Origin: Chloroflexota bacterium
GTDB taxonomy: Bacteria; Chloroflexota; Limnocylindria; Limnocylindrales; CSP1-4
Direction of reading: 5' to 3'
Length of the DNA stretch: 64,000 bases
NCBI GenBank assembly: GCA_021787395.1
Contig: JAJYLZ010000001.1
Coordinates: forward strand, 67,967 to 131,966
A program made the position numbers and the translations under genes. Of this stretch, positions 45,641-55,500 are shown piece after piece. Below the pieces are notes generated by a model. The model did no database searches and was not told the origin of the DNA. It was given only the letters and a program-made list of their open reading frames with translations. Numbering within the stretch: the stretch's first letter is position 1; each line of letters starts with the position of its first letter.

Positions 45641-47046
45641 GCGGCCGAGGCGCTGCCGGCCGGGCCGAAGCCCGCCGCCCACTTCGCCTCGAGGGCCTCG
45701 CGCAGGCGGTCCTGCGCGTCCTCGAGCGGGACGCGCGCGACCACGGGCTCGAGGAACCCGAGCACGATGAACTTGCGCGCCTCCACGGGGTCGATGCCGC
45801 GGCTCTCCAGGTAGAACAGCTGGGCCTCGTCGATCGGGCCCACCGAGGAGCTGTGCGCGGCGCGGCGGCAGTCGGGCTGGTCGATCTCCAGTGACGGGAT
45901 CGCGACCGCCCGCGCGGTCTTGGACAGGTTCATCCCGAACTCGCCCAGGAAGCTGTCCGTGCCGACTGCGGTCTTGTCGATCGTGATCAGGCCCTTCATG
46001 TAGCTGCGCGCCCGGTCGAGCAGCGCCCCCTTGGACAGCAGCTCGCCGGTGGTGTCGCGGCCGACGTGGTGCGTGTAGGAGGTGAGGTCGTGCAGCTGGT
46101 CGCCCGCGCCGAACACGATCTCCACCTGCTCGACCACGCTGCGGTCGCCGGCCAGCACGTTGTCCACCCGCGAGCGGACGAGCCGCCCGCCCAGCTGGGC
46201 GAGCGCCCACCGGAGGTCGGCGCCCTCCCCCAGGCGCGCGGTGCGCTGCTGGAAGACCACCTGGTCGGGCCCGGTCTCCTGGAGGCTGGCCAGGGCCAGG
46301 CGGCTGTGGGCCCCGAGGCGGATCTCCGTGGTCAGCGAGAGCAGCGCCTGGGCGCCGGGCAGGGCCCCGCTCGAGGCGACGAGTTCCTCGACGACCGACG
46401 CCTCGGCGCCGTCCTCGAGCACGATGAGCGTGCGGCCGACCAGGGTCCGCGGCGCGCCCACGGCCCAGCGCAGGACCACCGGCCGCTCCACGCGGACGCC
46501 GGCGGGCACGTGGAGCACGACGCCCTGGGACCAGGCGGCCCGGCCCAGCCAGGCCAGCTTCTCCTCGCCCGGGAGCACGGCATCCTCGGCCAGCAGCGCC
46601 CGGGCGAGGTCGGGGTCGCGGCGCACCAGCTCGCCCAGCGTCATCAGGCGGACCCCCGCCTGTGCAGCCGCGGCGTCGATGGTGGCGGCGCCGGTCCCGT
46701 CCTCGACCAGCTCGAGCAGGCCGGCGGTGGCGTCGTCGGCGCCGTGCGCGCCCTCGGCCGGCACGGCGGCGGCGTCGGCGGCGGAGTTGTACGGGGACGC
46801 CGCGTCGAGCGAGGCGGCGCGCAGGTCAACGTACGGCGTGTACAGGCGGTTCGCCTCCACCTGCAGCGCGTCGAAGCGGGCCAGCGCCGCGGCGCGGTCC
46901 TCGCGCAGCCAGTCGGGCTCGCCGCGGGCAGCGCCGATGGCCGCGACGAGCGCGGCGTCGACGAAGCTGAACGGTAGATCGTCGGGGGCGCGACGAGCGG
47001 CGCGCGCCGGGCGCGCCTGCGTTGACGTGTCGGGCGCCTCCGTCAT
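45637..47046 (-). CDS. sufD: Fe-S cluster assembly protein SufD
   Basis: Start at ATG 47046, overlapping the sufB stop (ATGA). The C-terminal SufBD beta-helix pattern is ..[28 protein letters not shown]...[23 protein letters not shown]...D....[19 protein letters not shown]. Confidence 0.88.
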   Translation of the reverse strand: MTEAPDTSTQARPARAARRAPDDLPFSFVDAALVAAIGAARGEPDWLREDRAAALARFDALQVEANRLYTPYVDLRAASLDAASPYNSAADAAAVPAEGAHGADDATAGLLELVEDGTGAATIDAAAAQAGVRLMTLGELVRRDPDLARALLAEDAVLPGEEKLAWLGRAAWSQGVVLHVPAGVRVERPVVLRWAVGAPRTLVGRTLIVLEDGAEASVVEELVASSGALPGAQALLSLTTEIRLGAHSRLALASLQETGPDQVVFQQRTARLGEGADLRWALAQLGGRLVRSRVDNVLAGDRSVVEQVEIVFGAGDQLHDLTSYTHHVGRDTTGELLSKGALLDRARSYMKGLITIDKTAVGTDSFLGEFGMNLSKTARAVAIPSLEIDQPDCRRAAHSSSVGPIDEAQLFYLESRGIDPVEARKFIVLGFLEPVVARVPLEDAQDRLREALEAKWAAGFGPAGSASAA

Positions 47047-48446
47047 CCGAGCGATCCCTCCATCTCCAGCTTCACGAGGCGGTTGAACTCGATCGCGTAC
47101 TCCATCGGCAGCTCCTTGGTGAACACCTCCAGGAAGCCCTGCACGATGAGGTTGGTCGCCTCGTTCTCGGTCAGGCCGCGGCTCATGAGGTAGAACACCT
47201 GCTCGGCGGAGACCTTGCCCACGGTGGCCTCGTGGGTCATCGTGGTGTCGTCCTCCCCGATGTCGATGTACGGGTACGTGTCCGAGCGCGACAGGTCGTC
47301 CAGCATCAGGGCGTCGCAGCGGACCGACGCGGTCACGCCGGTGGCGCCCGGGGACACCTTGAGCTGGCCGCGGTAGGTGGCCCGGCCGCCGTCCTTGGAC
47401 ACCGACTTCGAGACGATGCGCGAGGTCGTGTTGGGGGCCAGGTGGATCGCCTTGGCGCCGGTGTCCTGGTGCTGGCCCTTGCCGGCGACGGCGACCGAGA
47501 TCACCTCGGCGGTGGCGCCCTCGCCGCGCAGGTAGATCGCGGGGTACTTCATCGTGAGCCGCGAGCCGGTGTTCGCGTCCACCCACTCCACGGTCGCCCG
47601 CTCGTGCGCGTGGGCGCGCTTGGTCACCAGGTTGTAGACGTCGTTCGACCAGTTCTGGATCGTCGTGTAGCGCACCTTGCTGCCCGGCAGCGCCACCACC
47701 TCGACCACCGCCGCGTGGAGCGAATCGGTGGCGTAGATCGGCGCCGTGCAGCCCTCGATGTAGTGGACCTTGGCGCCCTCGTCCACCACGATCAGCGTCC
47801 GCTCGAACTGGCCGGTGTTCTCGCCGTTGATCCGGAAGTAGGCCTGGAGCGGCAGCGGCACCTCGACGCCCTTGGGCACGTACACGAAGCTGCCGCCGGA
47901 CCACACCGCGCTGTTGAGCGCGGCGAACTTGTTGTCCTCGGGCGGGACCACCGTGCCGAAGTGCGCCCGGAAGATGTCCGGGTACTCCTTGAGCGCCTGG
48001 TCGGTGCCCATGAACACGACGCCGATCTTGGCCAGCTCCTCGCGCACCGAGTGGTACACGACCTCGGAGTCGTACTGGGCGCCGACGCCGGCCAGGAACT
48101 TGCGCTCGGCCTCCGGGATGCCCAGCTTCTCGAACGTCTGCTTGATCTGCTCCGGGACGTCGTCCCAGGACTTCTCCTCGCGCTCGGACGGCTTGCGGTA
48201 GTAGACGATCTTGTCGAAGTCGATGTCCGCCAGGCGCCCGCCCCAGGTCGGCATCTTGCGCTTGACGAAGTGGTCGTAGGCGCGCAGGCGGAACTGGAGC
48301 ATCCACTCCGGCTCGTCCTTGAAGCGGCTGATCTCCTCGACCGTCTCGCGGGTCAGCCCGCGCTTGGTCTCGGCGAGGTAGACGATGTCGTCGTGGAAGG
48401 CGTACTGGTCGCGTTCATCGCGGACCAGGTCGCGGGTTGAGCTCAT
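47043..48446 (-). CDS. sufB: Fe-S cluster assembly protein SufB
   Basis: Start at ATG 48446 (MSSTRDLV..). Highly conserved SufB blocks: ..EPEWM..FRL.AY..F, ..[17 protein letters not shown].., ..TLIV.DEGA.V.Y.EGCTAP.., ..HEATVGK..EQ.FYLMSRG. Confidence 0.93.
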   Translation of the reverse strand: MSSTRDLVRDERDQYAFHDDIVYLAETKRGLTRETVEEISRFKDEPEWMLQFRLRAYDHFVKRKMPTWGGRLADIDFDKIVYYRKPSEREEKSWDDVPEQIKQTFEKLGIPEAERKFLAGVGAQYDSEVVYHSVREELAKIGVVFMGTDQALKEYPDIFRAHFGTVVPPEDNKFAALNSAVWSGGSFVYVPKGVEVPLPLQAYFRINGENTGQFERTLIVVDEGAKVHYIEGCTAPIYATDSLHAAVVEVVALPGSKVRYTTIQNWSNDVYNLVTKRAHAHERATVEWVDANTGSRLTMKYPAIYLRGEGATAEVISVAVAGKGQHQDTGAKAIHLAPNTTSRIVSKSVSKDGGRATYRGQLKVSPGATGVTASVRCDALMLDDLSRSDTYPYIDIGEDDTTMTHEATVGKVSAEQVFYLMSRGLTENEATNLIVQGFLEVFTKELPMEYAIEFNRLVKLEMEGSLG

Positions 48447-48565
48447 GGCTGCTCCGGTTCGTGCGGCGGGCGCCGCTGCGGGCGATTGTGCAGGGTGCGG
48501 CTGGTTGGCGCGGGGAGCGCCCCGGGCCCGATGGGGACGCGGCCCGCAAGTCAATCCCGAGCAGA

Positions 48566-48594
48566 ATTATCGGAATTAGCGGCCGATACGTCAA
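48566..48594 (-). promoter_or_regulatory. Near-consensus promoter for sufB (TTGACG-17 nt-GATAAT on the minus strand)
   Basis: -35 is the reverse complement of 48589-48594 and overlaps the stop codon of the upstream GH13 gene. -10 is the reverse complement of 48566-48571. Lies in a locally AT-rich patch about 120 nt upstream of the sufB ATG. Confidence 0.55.
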
Positions 48595-50261
48595 CGAGCC
48601 AGGTACCAGGCGGCCGCGTCTGGGGGCAGGGGGCCGTCCGCGCCCGTCCCGTCGCTGCGGACGAGGACCGCGGCGCCGGCCGGGAGCGGGAACGGGTCGG
48701 GTCCGAAGTTGACGGCGCAGCGGAGCCCGGACTCGCGCTCGAACTCGAGCACGTCGTCGCGCTCGCCCCCCACCCACCGGAACGCCGGCCCGGCCAGGCC
48801 GGGATGCGAGCGGCGGAGGGCCAGCGCCGTCCGGTAGAGGGCCAGGGTCGACCCGGCGTCGGCCCCCTGGGCCTCGACCGACAGCGACGCCCAGGCCCGC
48901 GGCTGGGGCAGCCACGGCCTGGTCCCCCGAGGCCCGAAGCCGAACGGCTCCGCCTCGCCCGACCAGGGCAGCGGCACGCGGCAGCCGTCCCGGCCCCGGA
49001 GCGTGTGGCCGGAGCGCTCCCAGACCGGGTCGGCCAGCACGTCGTCGGGCAGGTCCTCGACCTCCGGCAGCCCGAGCTCCTCCCCCTGGTACAGGTTCGC
49101 GACGCCCGGCAGGGCCAGCAGCAGGAGCACCGCCGCCCGGGCCCGGCGCCGGCCGAGGTCCACGTCGCAGGGCTGCCCGTCGTCGATCGCCCGGTCCCGG
49201 ATGCCCGTGGAGGGGCGGCCGTAGCGGGTCACCGTCCGCGTCTCGTCGTGGCAGTTCAGCACCCAGCTCGGTGTCGCGCCGACGGGCGCCAGCGCCTCGA
49301 ACGTCTCGTCGATGACGCGCCGCAGCCGGTCCGCCTGCCAGGGCGAGCGCAGGAAGGGGAAGTTGAACGCCCCGTGGAGCTCGTCGGGGCGGAGGTAGCG
49401 GGCCAGCCGGCCGGCGTCCGCCACGTGCACCTCGCCGAACAGCACCCGCGGCGGCTCGGCCGCGTCCGCGATGGCGCGCCACGTGCGGTACAGCGCGTGC
49501 AGGCCGCGCTGGTCGAGGGTCGGGTGGTCGGGCGCGACGTAGCGCCCGGACGCGGGGTCGGGCGGCGGCGGCATCGCGGGCGTCGAGTAGTCCTTGAACA
49601 GGCCCGAGGCGACGTCGATCCGGAAGCCGTCGGCGCCCCGGCCGAACCACGTCCGCAGCACGTCCTCGAACGCGCGGCGGACCTCGGGCGAGCCCCACTC
49701 CAGGTCGGGCTGGGCGGGGTCGAACAGGTGCAGGTACCACTCGCCCGGCCGGCCGTCGGGCTCGACGACCCGGGTCCAGGCCGGCCCGCCGAAGATGCTC
49801 GTCCACGCGTTCGGCGGCTGGGATCCGTCGGCTCCCCGGCCCGGCCGGAACACGTAGCGGCCGCGGGCCGCGGATCCCGGGCCGGCCGCCAGGGCCTCGC
49901 GGAACCAGGGGTGCTCCGACGAGGTGTGGTTGGGGACGAGGTCGAGCAGGACGCGCAGGCCGGCCGCGTGGGCCTCCGCGAACAGCGCCCCGGCCTCCTC
50001 GACCGACCCGAACAGCGGGTCCACCCCCGTGTAGTCGGCCACGTCGTAGCCGCCGTCGCGCATCGGCGACGGATACCAGGGCGTGATCCAGATGGCGTCG
50101 ACCCCCAGGCTCCGCAGGTACGGCAGGCGGGAGCGGATGCCGGCCACGTCGCCCACGCCGTCGCCGTCGCCGTCGGCGAAGCTGCGGATGTAGACCTGGT
50201 AGATGACGGCCGTCCGCCACCACGGCGCGGGGGCGGTCGGCGACAGCGCGGTTCGGGTCAC
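48591..50261 (-). CDS. GH13 alpha-glucosidase / oligo-1,6-glucosidase family
   Basis: GH13 conserved regions: WWRTAVIYQVY.RSF, GVDAIWITP, LLDLVPNHTS, ADGFRIDVA, FGEV, NCHDE. Start set at GTG 50261 (13 aa before the WW motif). The ORF is open to 50390. Confidence 0.88.
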   Translation of the reverse strand: MTRTALSPTAPAPWWRTAVIYQVYIRSFADGDGDGVGDVAGIRSRLPYLRSLGVDAIWITPWYPSPMRDGGYDVADYTGVDPLFGSVEEAGALFAEAHAAGLRVLLDLVPNHTSSEHPWFREALAAGPGSAARGRYVFRPGRGADGSQPPNAWTSIFGGPAWTRVVEPDGRPGEWYLHLFDPAQPDLEWGSPEVRRAFEDVLRTWFGRGADGFRIDVASGLFKDYSTPAMPPPPDPASGRYVAPDHPTLDQRGLHALYRTWRAIADAAEPPRVLFGEVHVADAGRLARYLRPDELHGAFNFPFLRSPWQADRLRRVIDETFEALAPVGATPSWVLNCHDETRTVTRYGRPSTGIRDRAIDDGQPCDVDLGRRRARAAVLLLLALPGVANLYQGEELGLPEVEDLPDDVLADPVWERSGHTLRGRDGCRVPLPWSGEAEPFGFGPRGTRPWLPQPRAWASLSVEAQGADAGSTLALYRTALALRRSHPGLAGPAFRWVGGERDDVLEFERESGLRCAVNFGPDPFPLPAGAAVLVRSDGTGADGPLPPDAAAWYLAR

Positions 50262-50360
50262 AGGAGGGGTCCCATGCTGGACGGCAGCGGTGGTCGGCTG
50301 GCTACGGTAGCGCGCCCGGCCCGATTTGACCGCCGCACCCGCATCGGCCAAAGTCGCAGC

Positions 50361-50654
50361 GTGACCGATCCCTGCGTGTACCTGCGCCACGTCTACGACG
50401 ACCTGCCGGGCGAGCCCGGCACGGCCCGCACCTACCTGTACGAGGTCCTGCCGAGCGGCGAGGTCCCGCGGGAGGTCGCCCTGGACCGCGACGGCCGGCC
50501 GACCCTCATCACGCGGCCCGGCGACTACCCGATCACCGACTATCCGGTGCCGCCGGGCTCGGGGTCGTTCGCCGAGACGTTCGCCGGCGCCGAGCCGATC
50601 ACGCAGGAGGAGTTCGAGGCGGCGTACGCGGCCGCTGACGCCGCCCTCCGCTGA
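50361..50654 (+). CDS. Hypothetical protein (97 aa), no family recognised
   Basis: The last 98 codons of the 48486-50654 track ORF have protein-like composition and high third-position GC (VTDPCVYLRHVYDDLPGEPGTARTYLYEVLPSGEVPREVALDRDGRPTLITRPGDYPITDYPVP...). GTG start. Its 3' end overlaps the convergent ycaQ-like gene by 56 nt. Confidence 0.4.
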   Translation: MTDPCVYLRHVYDDLPGEPGTARTYLYEVLPSGEVPREVALDRDGRPTLITRPGDYPITDYPVPPGSGSFAETFAGAEPITQEEFEAAYAAADAALR

Positions 50655-51963
50655 GCCGCGCCCGGGCCGACGGGGCCAGCCTGGGCCGCAGGGCGGCGAC
50701 GAGGTCGCGGTGCCGGGCGGTCCGCGGCAGGACCACCCGACTGGCGTCAGCGAACGCGGCGTGGGCGCCGAGCGCCTCGGCCAGGGCGTCGAGGAAGCCG
50801 GCGTGCGCCTCGTCGAGCGGGTCGAAGCCGGCCTCCCACCACAGGTCGAGGACCCGGAGCGCCTTGGCCCTGCGGTCGATGCGGGGCTCGATCCGCCCGA
50901 CGATCCGGTCGCCGTACAGGAGCGGGAGCACGTAGTAGCCCCAGCGGCGCTTGTGCACTGGGACGTACACCTCCCAGCGGTAGTCGAACCCGTACAGCCG
51001 GAGCAGGAGGTCCCGGTCCCAGGCGAGCGGGTCGAGCGGAGCCAGGAGCGCGACGCCCGGCGCCATGCCGCCCGGTCGGCCGACCGACCACGGGTGGGCC
51101 GGCTCGCCCTCTGCCGCCAGCTCGGCCTCGGCGGCGTCGAGCAAGGGGAGGGACGTGGCCGGGATGTAGCGGTGGCCGCGCAGCCCCTCCACGCCGACCG
51201 CGACGAGGTCGCCCCGGTCCTCGAGCTCGGCCCGCAGTTCGTGGCGGTGCGGGGTGCTGTGCGCGACGCCCGCCCACAGCGCGGCCTCGCCCGTCGCGCC
51301 GAGCAGGCCGTTCGCCTGGTAGCGCGAGCGCAGCTTGTGGAGGCGCTGCGCCGCCTCGGGCGGCCGCTCGGCGAGCAGGCCGGGCGGGAACAGGCGCTCC
51401 GTGAGGTCGTAGACCCGGCGGTTCCCCTCGCGCCGCGCGATGGCGATGATGCCCGCCTCGGCCAGCGCCTCCAGCAGCGCCCGGACCTGGTTGGTCGGCC
51501 GCCAGTACCAGTCGATGGCCGCCCGCGGCTCGAGGTCCGTGGAGCTCAGCGGCCCTCCGTCCCGGATCCGGCCCAGGAGCTCCTCCACCAGCGGCGCGTG
51601 CTCGTCGAACGGGCCGCGCTCGTGCTCGACTCGGATGCGGTCCCAGGCGATCCGGTAGTAGGGCAGGTCGGCGGTGGGGACCAGCGAGAGCATCTTGTTG
51701 TACGTCTCGTAGAGCACGCGCTCGCGGTACAGCAGGTCGTCCGTCCAGGCGCGCCGATAGCCGGCGATGCGCGCCAGCAGGACGAGGTCGTGGTTGCGGC
51801 CGGCCACCTCGAGCGGGTCGAACTGGAGCGAGCCGACGCGGTCGATCACGCGCAGCACCGATGCCGGCTCGGCGGGCAGCCCGCGAGGGGGCGCCAGCAG
51901 GTGGTGGTGCGCCAGGTAGCGGCGCGCGGCGCGCGCGGAGACGTGGCGGGGCTGGTGGCTCAC
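50599..51963 (-). CDS. Winged-helix DNA glycosylase YcaQ (DUF1006) family
   Basis: 454 aa: ..ARRYLAHHHLL..., ..V.DRVGSLQFDPL.V.GRNHDLVL.AR...Y......LLY.ER.L.E.Y.K.LS..P, ..W.VY.P..KR.WGYYVLP.L.GDR.VGR.EP... Confidence 0.8.
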   Translation of the reverse strand: MSHQPRHVSARAARRYLAHHHLLAPPRGLPAEPASVLRVIDRVGSLQFDPLEVAGRNHDLVLLARIAGYRRAWTDDLLYRERVLYETYNKMLSLVPTADLPYYRIAWDRIRVEHERGPFDEHAPLVEELLGRIRDGGPLSSTDLEPRAAIDWYWRPTNQVRALLEALAEAGIIAIARREGNRRVYDLTERLFPPGLLAERPPEAAQRLHKLRSRYQANGLLGATGEAALWAGVAHSTPHRHELRAELEDRGDLVAVGVEGLRGHRYIPATSLPLLDAAEAELAAEGEPAHPWSVGRPGGMAPGVALLAPLDPLAWDRDLLLRLYGFDYRWEVYVPVHKRRWGYYVLPLLYGDRIVGRIEPRIDRRAKALRVLDLWWEAGFDPLDEAHAGFLDALAEALGAHAAFADASRVVLPRTARHRDLVAALRPRLAPSARARLSGGRRQRPRTPPRTPPA

Positions 51964-52022
51964 GGACGCATCGTAGAGGGCCGTCCGCGGTCCCCGCCCA
52001 TCCGGGATACCCTCAGGCGCGA

Positions 52023-52583
52023 ATGCTTCGGTGTCAGCGAAGCATTGGATGCAGCCGAAGGATCCCAGCCATTCACCCGAACGACCGCGCCGCCGCCACC
52101 GAGGAGATCATCGCCCGCTACGAGGAGCTCATGCACCGCATGGCCGGCAGCCACGCGCCGGAGTTCCTCGAGATCGCCGTCACCATGCCGCAGGCGAAGC
52201 TGCTCTACCTCCTGGGCGCCGCCGGCGACCTCCACATGTCGGAGCTGGTGGGCCGGCTCGGCGTCTCGCTGTCCACGGTGAGCGGTCTCGTGGACCGGGT
52301 GGTCGAGGCGGGCCTCGCCTCCCGCCACGACGACCCGTCCGACCGACGCCAGGTCGTGGTCGGGCTGACGACCGCCGGCACCGACTTCATCGACCGCTTC
52401 CGGGAGCTGAACGCACGCCAGATGCGCGAGCTGCTGGACCTGCTCGACGACCACGAGCTCGAGGGCGCCCGCGCGACGCTCGCCGCGCTCGCCCGGGCGG
52501 GCGACCTGCTCGCCGCCCGCTCCGACACCGCCGCGACCCCCGCCCCGGGCGTTCCGTCGCCCGCTCGAAAGGACCCCGCATGA
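52023..52583 (+). CDS. MarR-family transcriptional regulator
   Basis: The wHTH core is ..TMPQAKLLYLLGAAGDLHMSELVGRLGVSLSTVSGLVDRVVEAGLASRHDDPSDRRQVVVGLT.AG... Start uncertain (ATG 52023 chosen). Confidence 0.85.
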   Translation: MLRCQRSIGCSRRIPAIHPNDRAAATEEIIARYEELMHRMAGSHAPEFLEIAVTMPQAKLLYLLGAAGDLHMSELVGRLGVSLSTVSGLVDRVVEAGLASRHDDPSDRRQVVVGLTTAGTDFIDRFRELNARQMRELLDLLDDHELEGARATLAALARAGDLLAARSDTAATPAPGVPSPARKDPA

Positions 52584-55500
52584 GCCGCCTGTCCGAGTTC
52601 GCGGTCGGCAAGCGGAGCGTCACGCTCCTGCTGGCCGCCGCCCTGTTCATCGCCGGCATCTCCGCCTGGGGCAGCCTCCAGCAGGAGCTCCTGCCCGACA
52701 TCCAGCTGCCGGTGATCACGGTCATCGCCCCCTATCCGGGGGCTGGCGCCAGCGACGTGGCGGAGTCGGTGACCAAGCCGATCGAGCGGGCGATCGGCGG
52801 CGTGCCGCGCCTCGACAGCCTGTCGTCCTCGTCGGCCAACTCGATCTCGCTCGTGATCGCGCAGTTCTCCTACGGCACGGACGTCAAGGCGACCCAGGCG
52901 GCGATCGAGTCGAACCTGCAGCAGGCCAAGCTGCCGTCGGGCGTGGCGCCCCAGGTGAGCGCGCTCGACATCAACGCGTCGCCGGTGATCATCGCCGCGG
53001 TGGCCGCCAAGAACGGCACCTCGCTCAGCGACGCCGGGGCGATCGTGAGCAAGGAGATCCAGCCTGCACTGCTCGGCCTCGAGGGCGTCGCGTCGGTGGA
53101 CGTGGCGGGCGGCGAGGAGCAGCAGGTGGTGGTCACGCTGGACCCGGCCAAGATGGCCGCGGACGGCGTGACGGCCGCGCAGGTCACCGGGGTCCTGACC
53201 GCGAACAACCTGACCGTCCCGTCCGGCCAGATCACGGGCGGCGGGCTCCGGATCCCGGTGTCGACGATCGGCGCGCTCACGAGCGTGGACCAGATCAAGC
53301 AGCTGGTCGTGGGCGTCAAACTGCCGGCCGGGGCCGGCAGCGCCGGCGGCCAGGGCGGCGCGAGCGGCCAGGGCGGCGCGAGTGGCCAGTCGGCCCCAAG
53401 CGGCTCGCCCACGTCGTCCGCCCCCGCCGCGTCATCCGCGCCCGGATCCCCCGCCGCCTCGGCGCCCGCAGCGTCGGCAGCTCCGGGCGCATCGGCTCCC
53501 GCCGCCTCGGCGCCCACAGCGGCGCCCACGCCCATCACCATCGCGGACGTCGCCGACGTCGCGCTGACGGGCGTGCCCACCACCGGCTACGCCCGCTTCG
53601 ACGGCAGCCCCGCGCTGTCGATCTCGGTCAGCAAGACGTCCACCGCCAACACGGTGACCGTCGCCGACGAAGTCACCGCCAAGCTCAACGAGCTGGGCGC
53701 CAAGCACGCGGACCAGATCCAGGTCACGGTCGTGAACGACCTGTCCACGTTCATCAAGCAGTCCACCGACGGCCTGCTCCACGAGGGCCTCACCGGCGCG
53801 ATCTTCGCCGTCCTGACGATCTTCCTGTTCCTGTTCAGCCTGCGCTCGACCGTCGTGGCGGCGGTCAGCATCCCGCTCTCGCTGCTCACGGCCCTCGTGA
53901 TCATGGAGGTGGCCGGGATCACGCTGAACATCATGACCCTGGGCGGCCTGGCGGTGGCCGTCGGCCGGGTCGTGGACGACGCGATCGTCGTCCTGGAGAA
54001 CATCTACCGCCACCGGTCGAAGGGCGAGAGCCGCCTGACGGCGTCCATCAACGGGCCCCGCGAGGTGGCCGGGGCCATCACCGCGGCCACCGTGACCACG
54101 GTCGGGGTGTTCCTGCCGCTCGGCTTCGTCGGCGGCATCGTGTCGCAGTTCTTCCTGCCGTTCGCGCTCACCGTCACGTTCGCGCTCGTCGCGTCGCTGT
54201 TGTGCGCGCTGACGGTCGTGCCGGTGCTCGCGTTCCTGCTGATCCGCAAGGTCCCGGCCAACGTGGACGAGGACGGCGAGCCGAAGAACTCGCTCTGGAT
54301 CCGGCTCTACACGCCGACCATCACGACGGCGCTGCGGAACCGCTGGACCAAGCTCGGCGTGGTGGGCGTCGCGGTCCTGCTGTTCCTCATGACCGGCGTC
54401 ATCGCGCCGATGCTGCCCACCGCGTTCATCAACGCGGGCGGCGAGAAGATCCTCCAGGCGACGGTCGCCCCGCCGTCGGGCACCAGCAGCCAGGCCGTGC
54501 TCGACCGCGCCTCGCAGGCCGAGCAGATCCTGCGCGGGGACCCGATGGTCCAGCACGTGGCCACCTCGATCCCGGGCGAGTCGGACACCGGGTTCCAGAC
54601 CGTGGTTGCGGCGCAGAGCGGGCTGCCCGCCAACTCGGCGCGGCTGACGATCCGGCTCGACCCCTCGGTGGATCTCAACGTGTACAGCCAGAAGCTCTCG
54701 GACGAGCTGGCGCCGGTGAAGACCGGCGGCTGGGACGTGGCCGTGGCGCAGTCGGCCGGCTTCACGTCCAACAACCTCACCGTGGTCGTCTCGGGCGAGG
54801 ACCCGGCCAAGGTAGCCGCGGCCAACGACGCGGTCATGGCGGCGCTCGCCGGCAACCGCGATCTGCTCAACCTCAAGAGCGACCTGTCCAAGGGCACTCC
54901 CGAGATCGAGGTCACCCCCGACCCCAACAAGGCGATCCTGGTGGGCATGACGACCGCCCAAGTGGCGCAGGCCGTGCGGGCGATGCTGGTGCCGAGCACG
55001 GCGACCTCCGTCACGCTCGCCGGCCAGACGACCGCCACCCCGGTCGTCGTCCAGGTCGACCCCAAGGCCGTCACCTCGGTGGACCAGCTCAAGGCGATCC
55101 CCGTGGGGACGACGACCCGGCTGCCGCTGGGCCAGATCGCCACGGTGGAGCAGGTCAACGCCCAGGGCACCATCACCCGCGTCGACCAGTCGCCCGCCGC
55201 CACCATCTCCGCCGAGATCACAAGCGTGGACACGGGCAAGGTGAGCCAGGACGTCCAGGCGCAGATCGACCGGCTGGTCGCCGCCGGGACCATCCCGGGG
55301 GGCGTGTCGGTCAAGCTCGCGGGCGTCACCCAGCAGCAGGCCGATGCGTTCTCGGGGCTGTACGTGTCGATGGGCGTCGCCGTCCTGGTCGTCTACCTGG
55401 CGATGGTGCTGGCGTTCAACTCGCTCGTCACACCGTTCATCATCCTGTTCAGCCTGCCGCTCGCGACGATCGGCGCCTTCCCGGCCCTGCTGCTCACCGG

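Noticed and set aside
48486-50360. N-terminal 625 codons of the 722-aa plus-strand ORF opposite the GH13 gene
   Set aside because: It is antisense to a GH13 enzyme that has all the conserved regions. Only the last 98 codons, which lie outside the GH13 gene, were retained as a candidate CDS.
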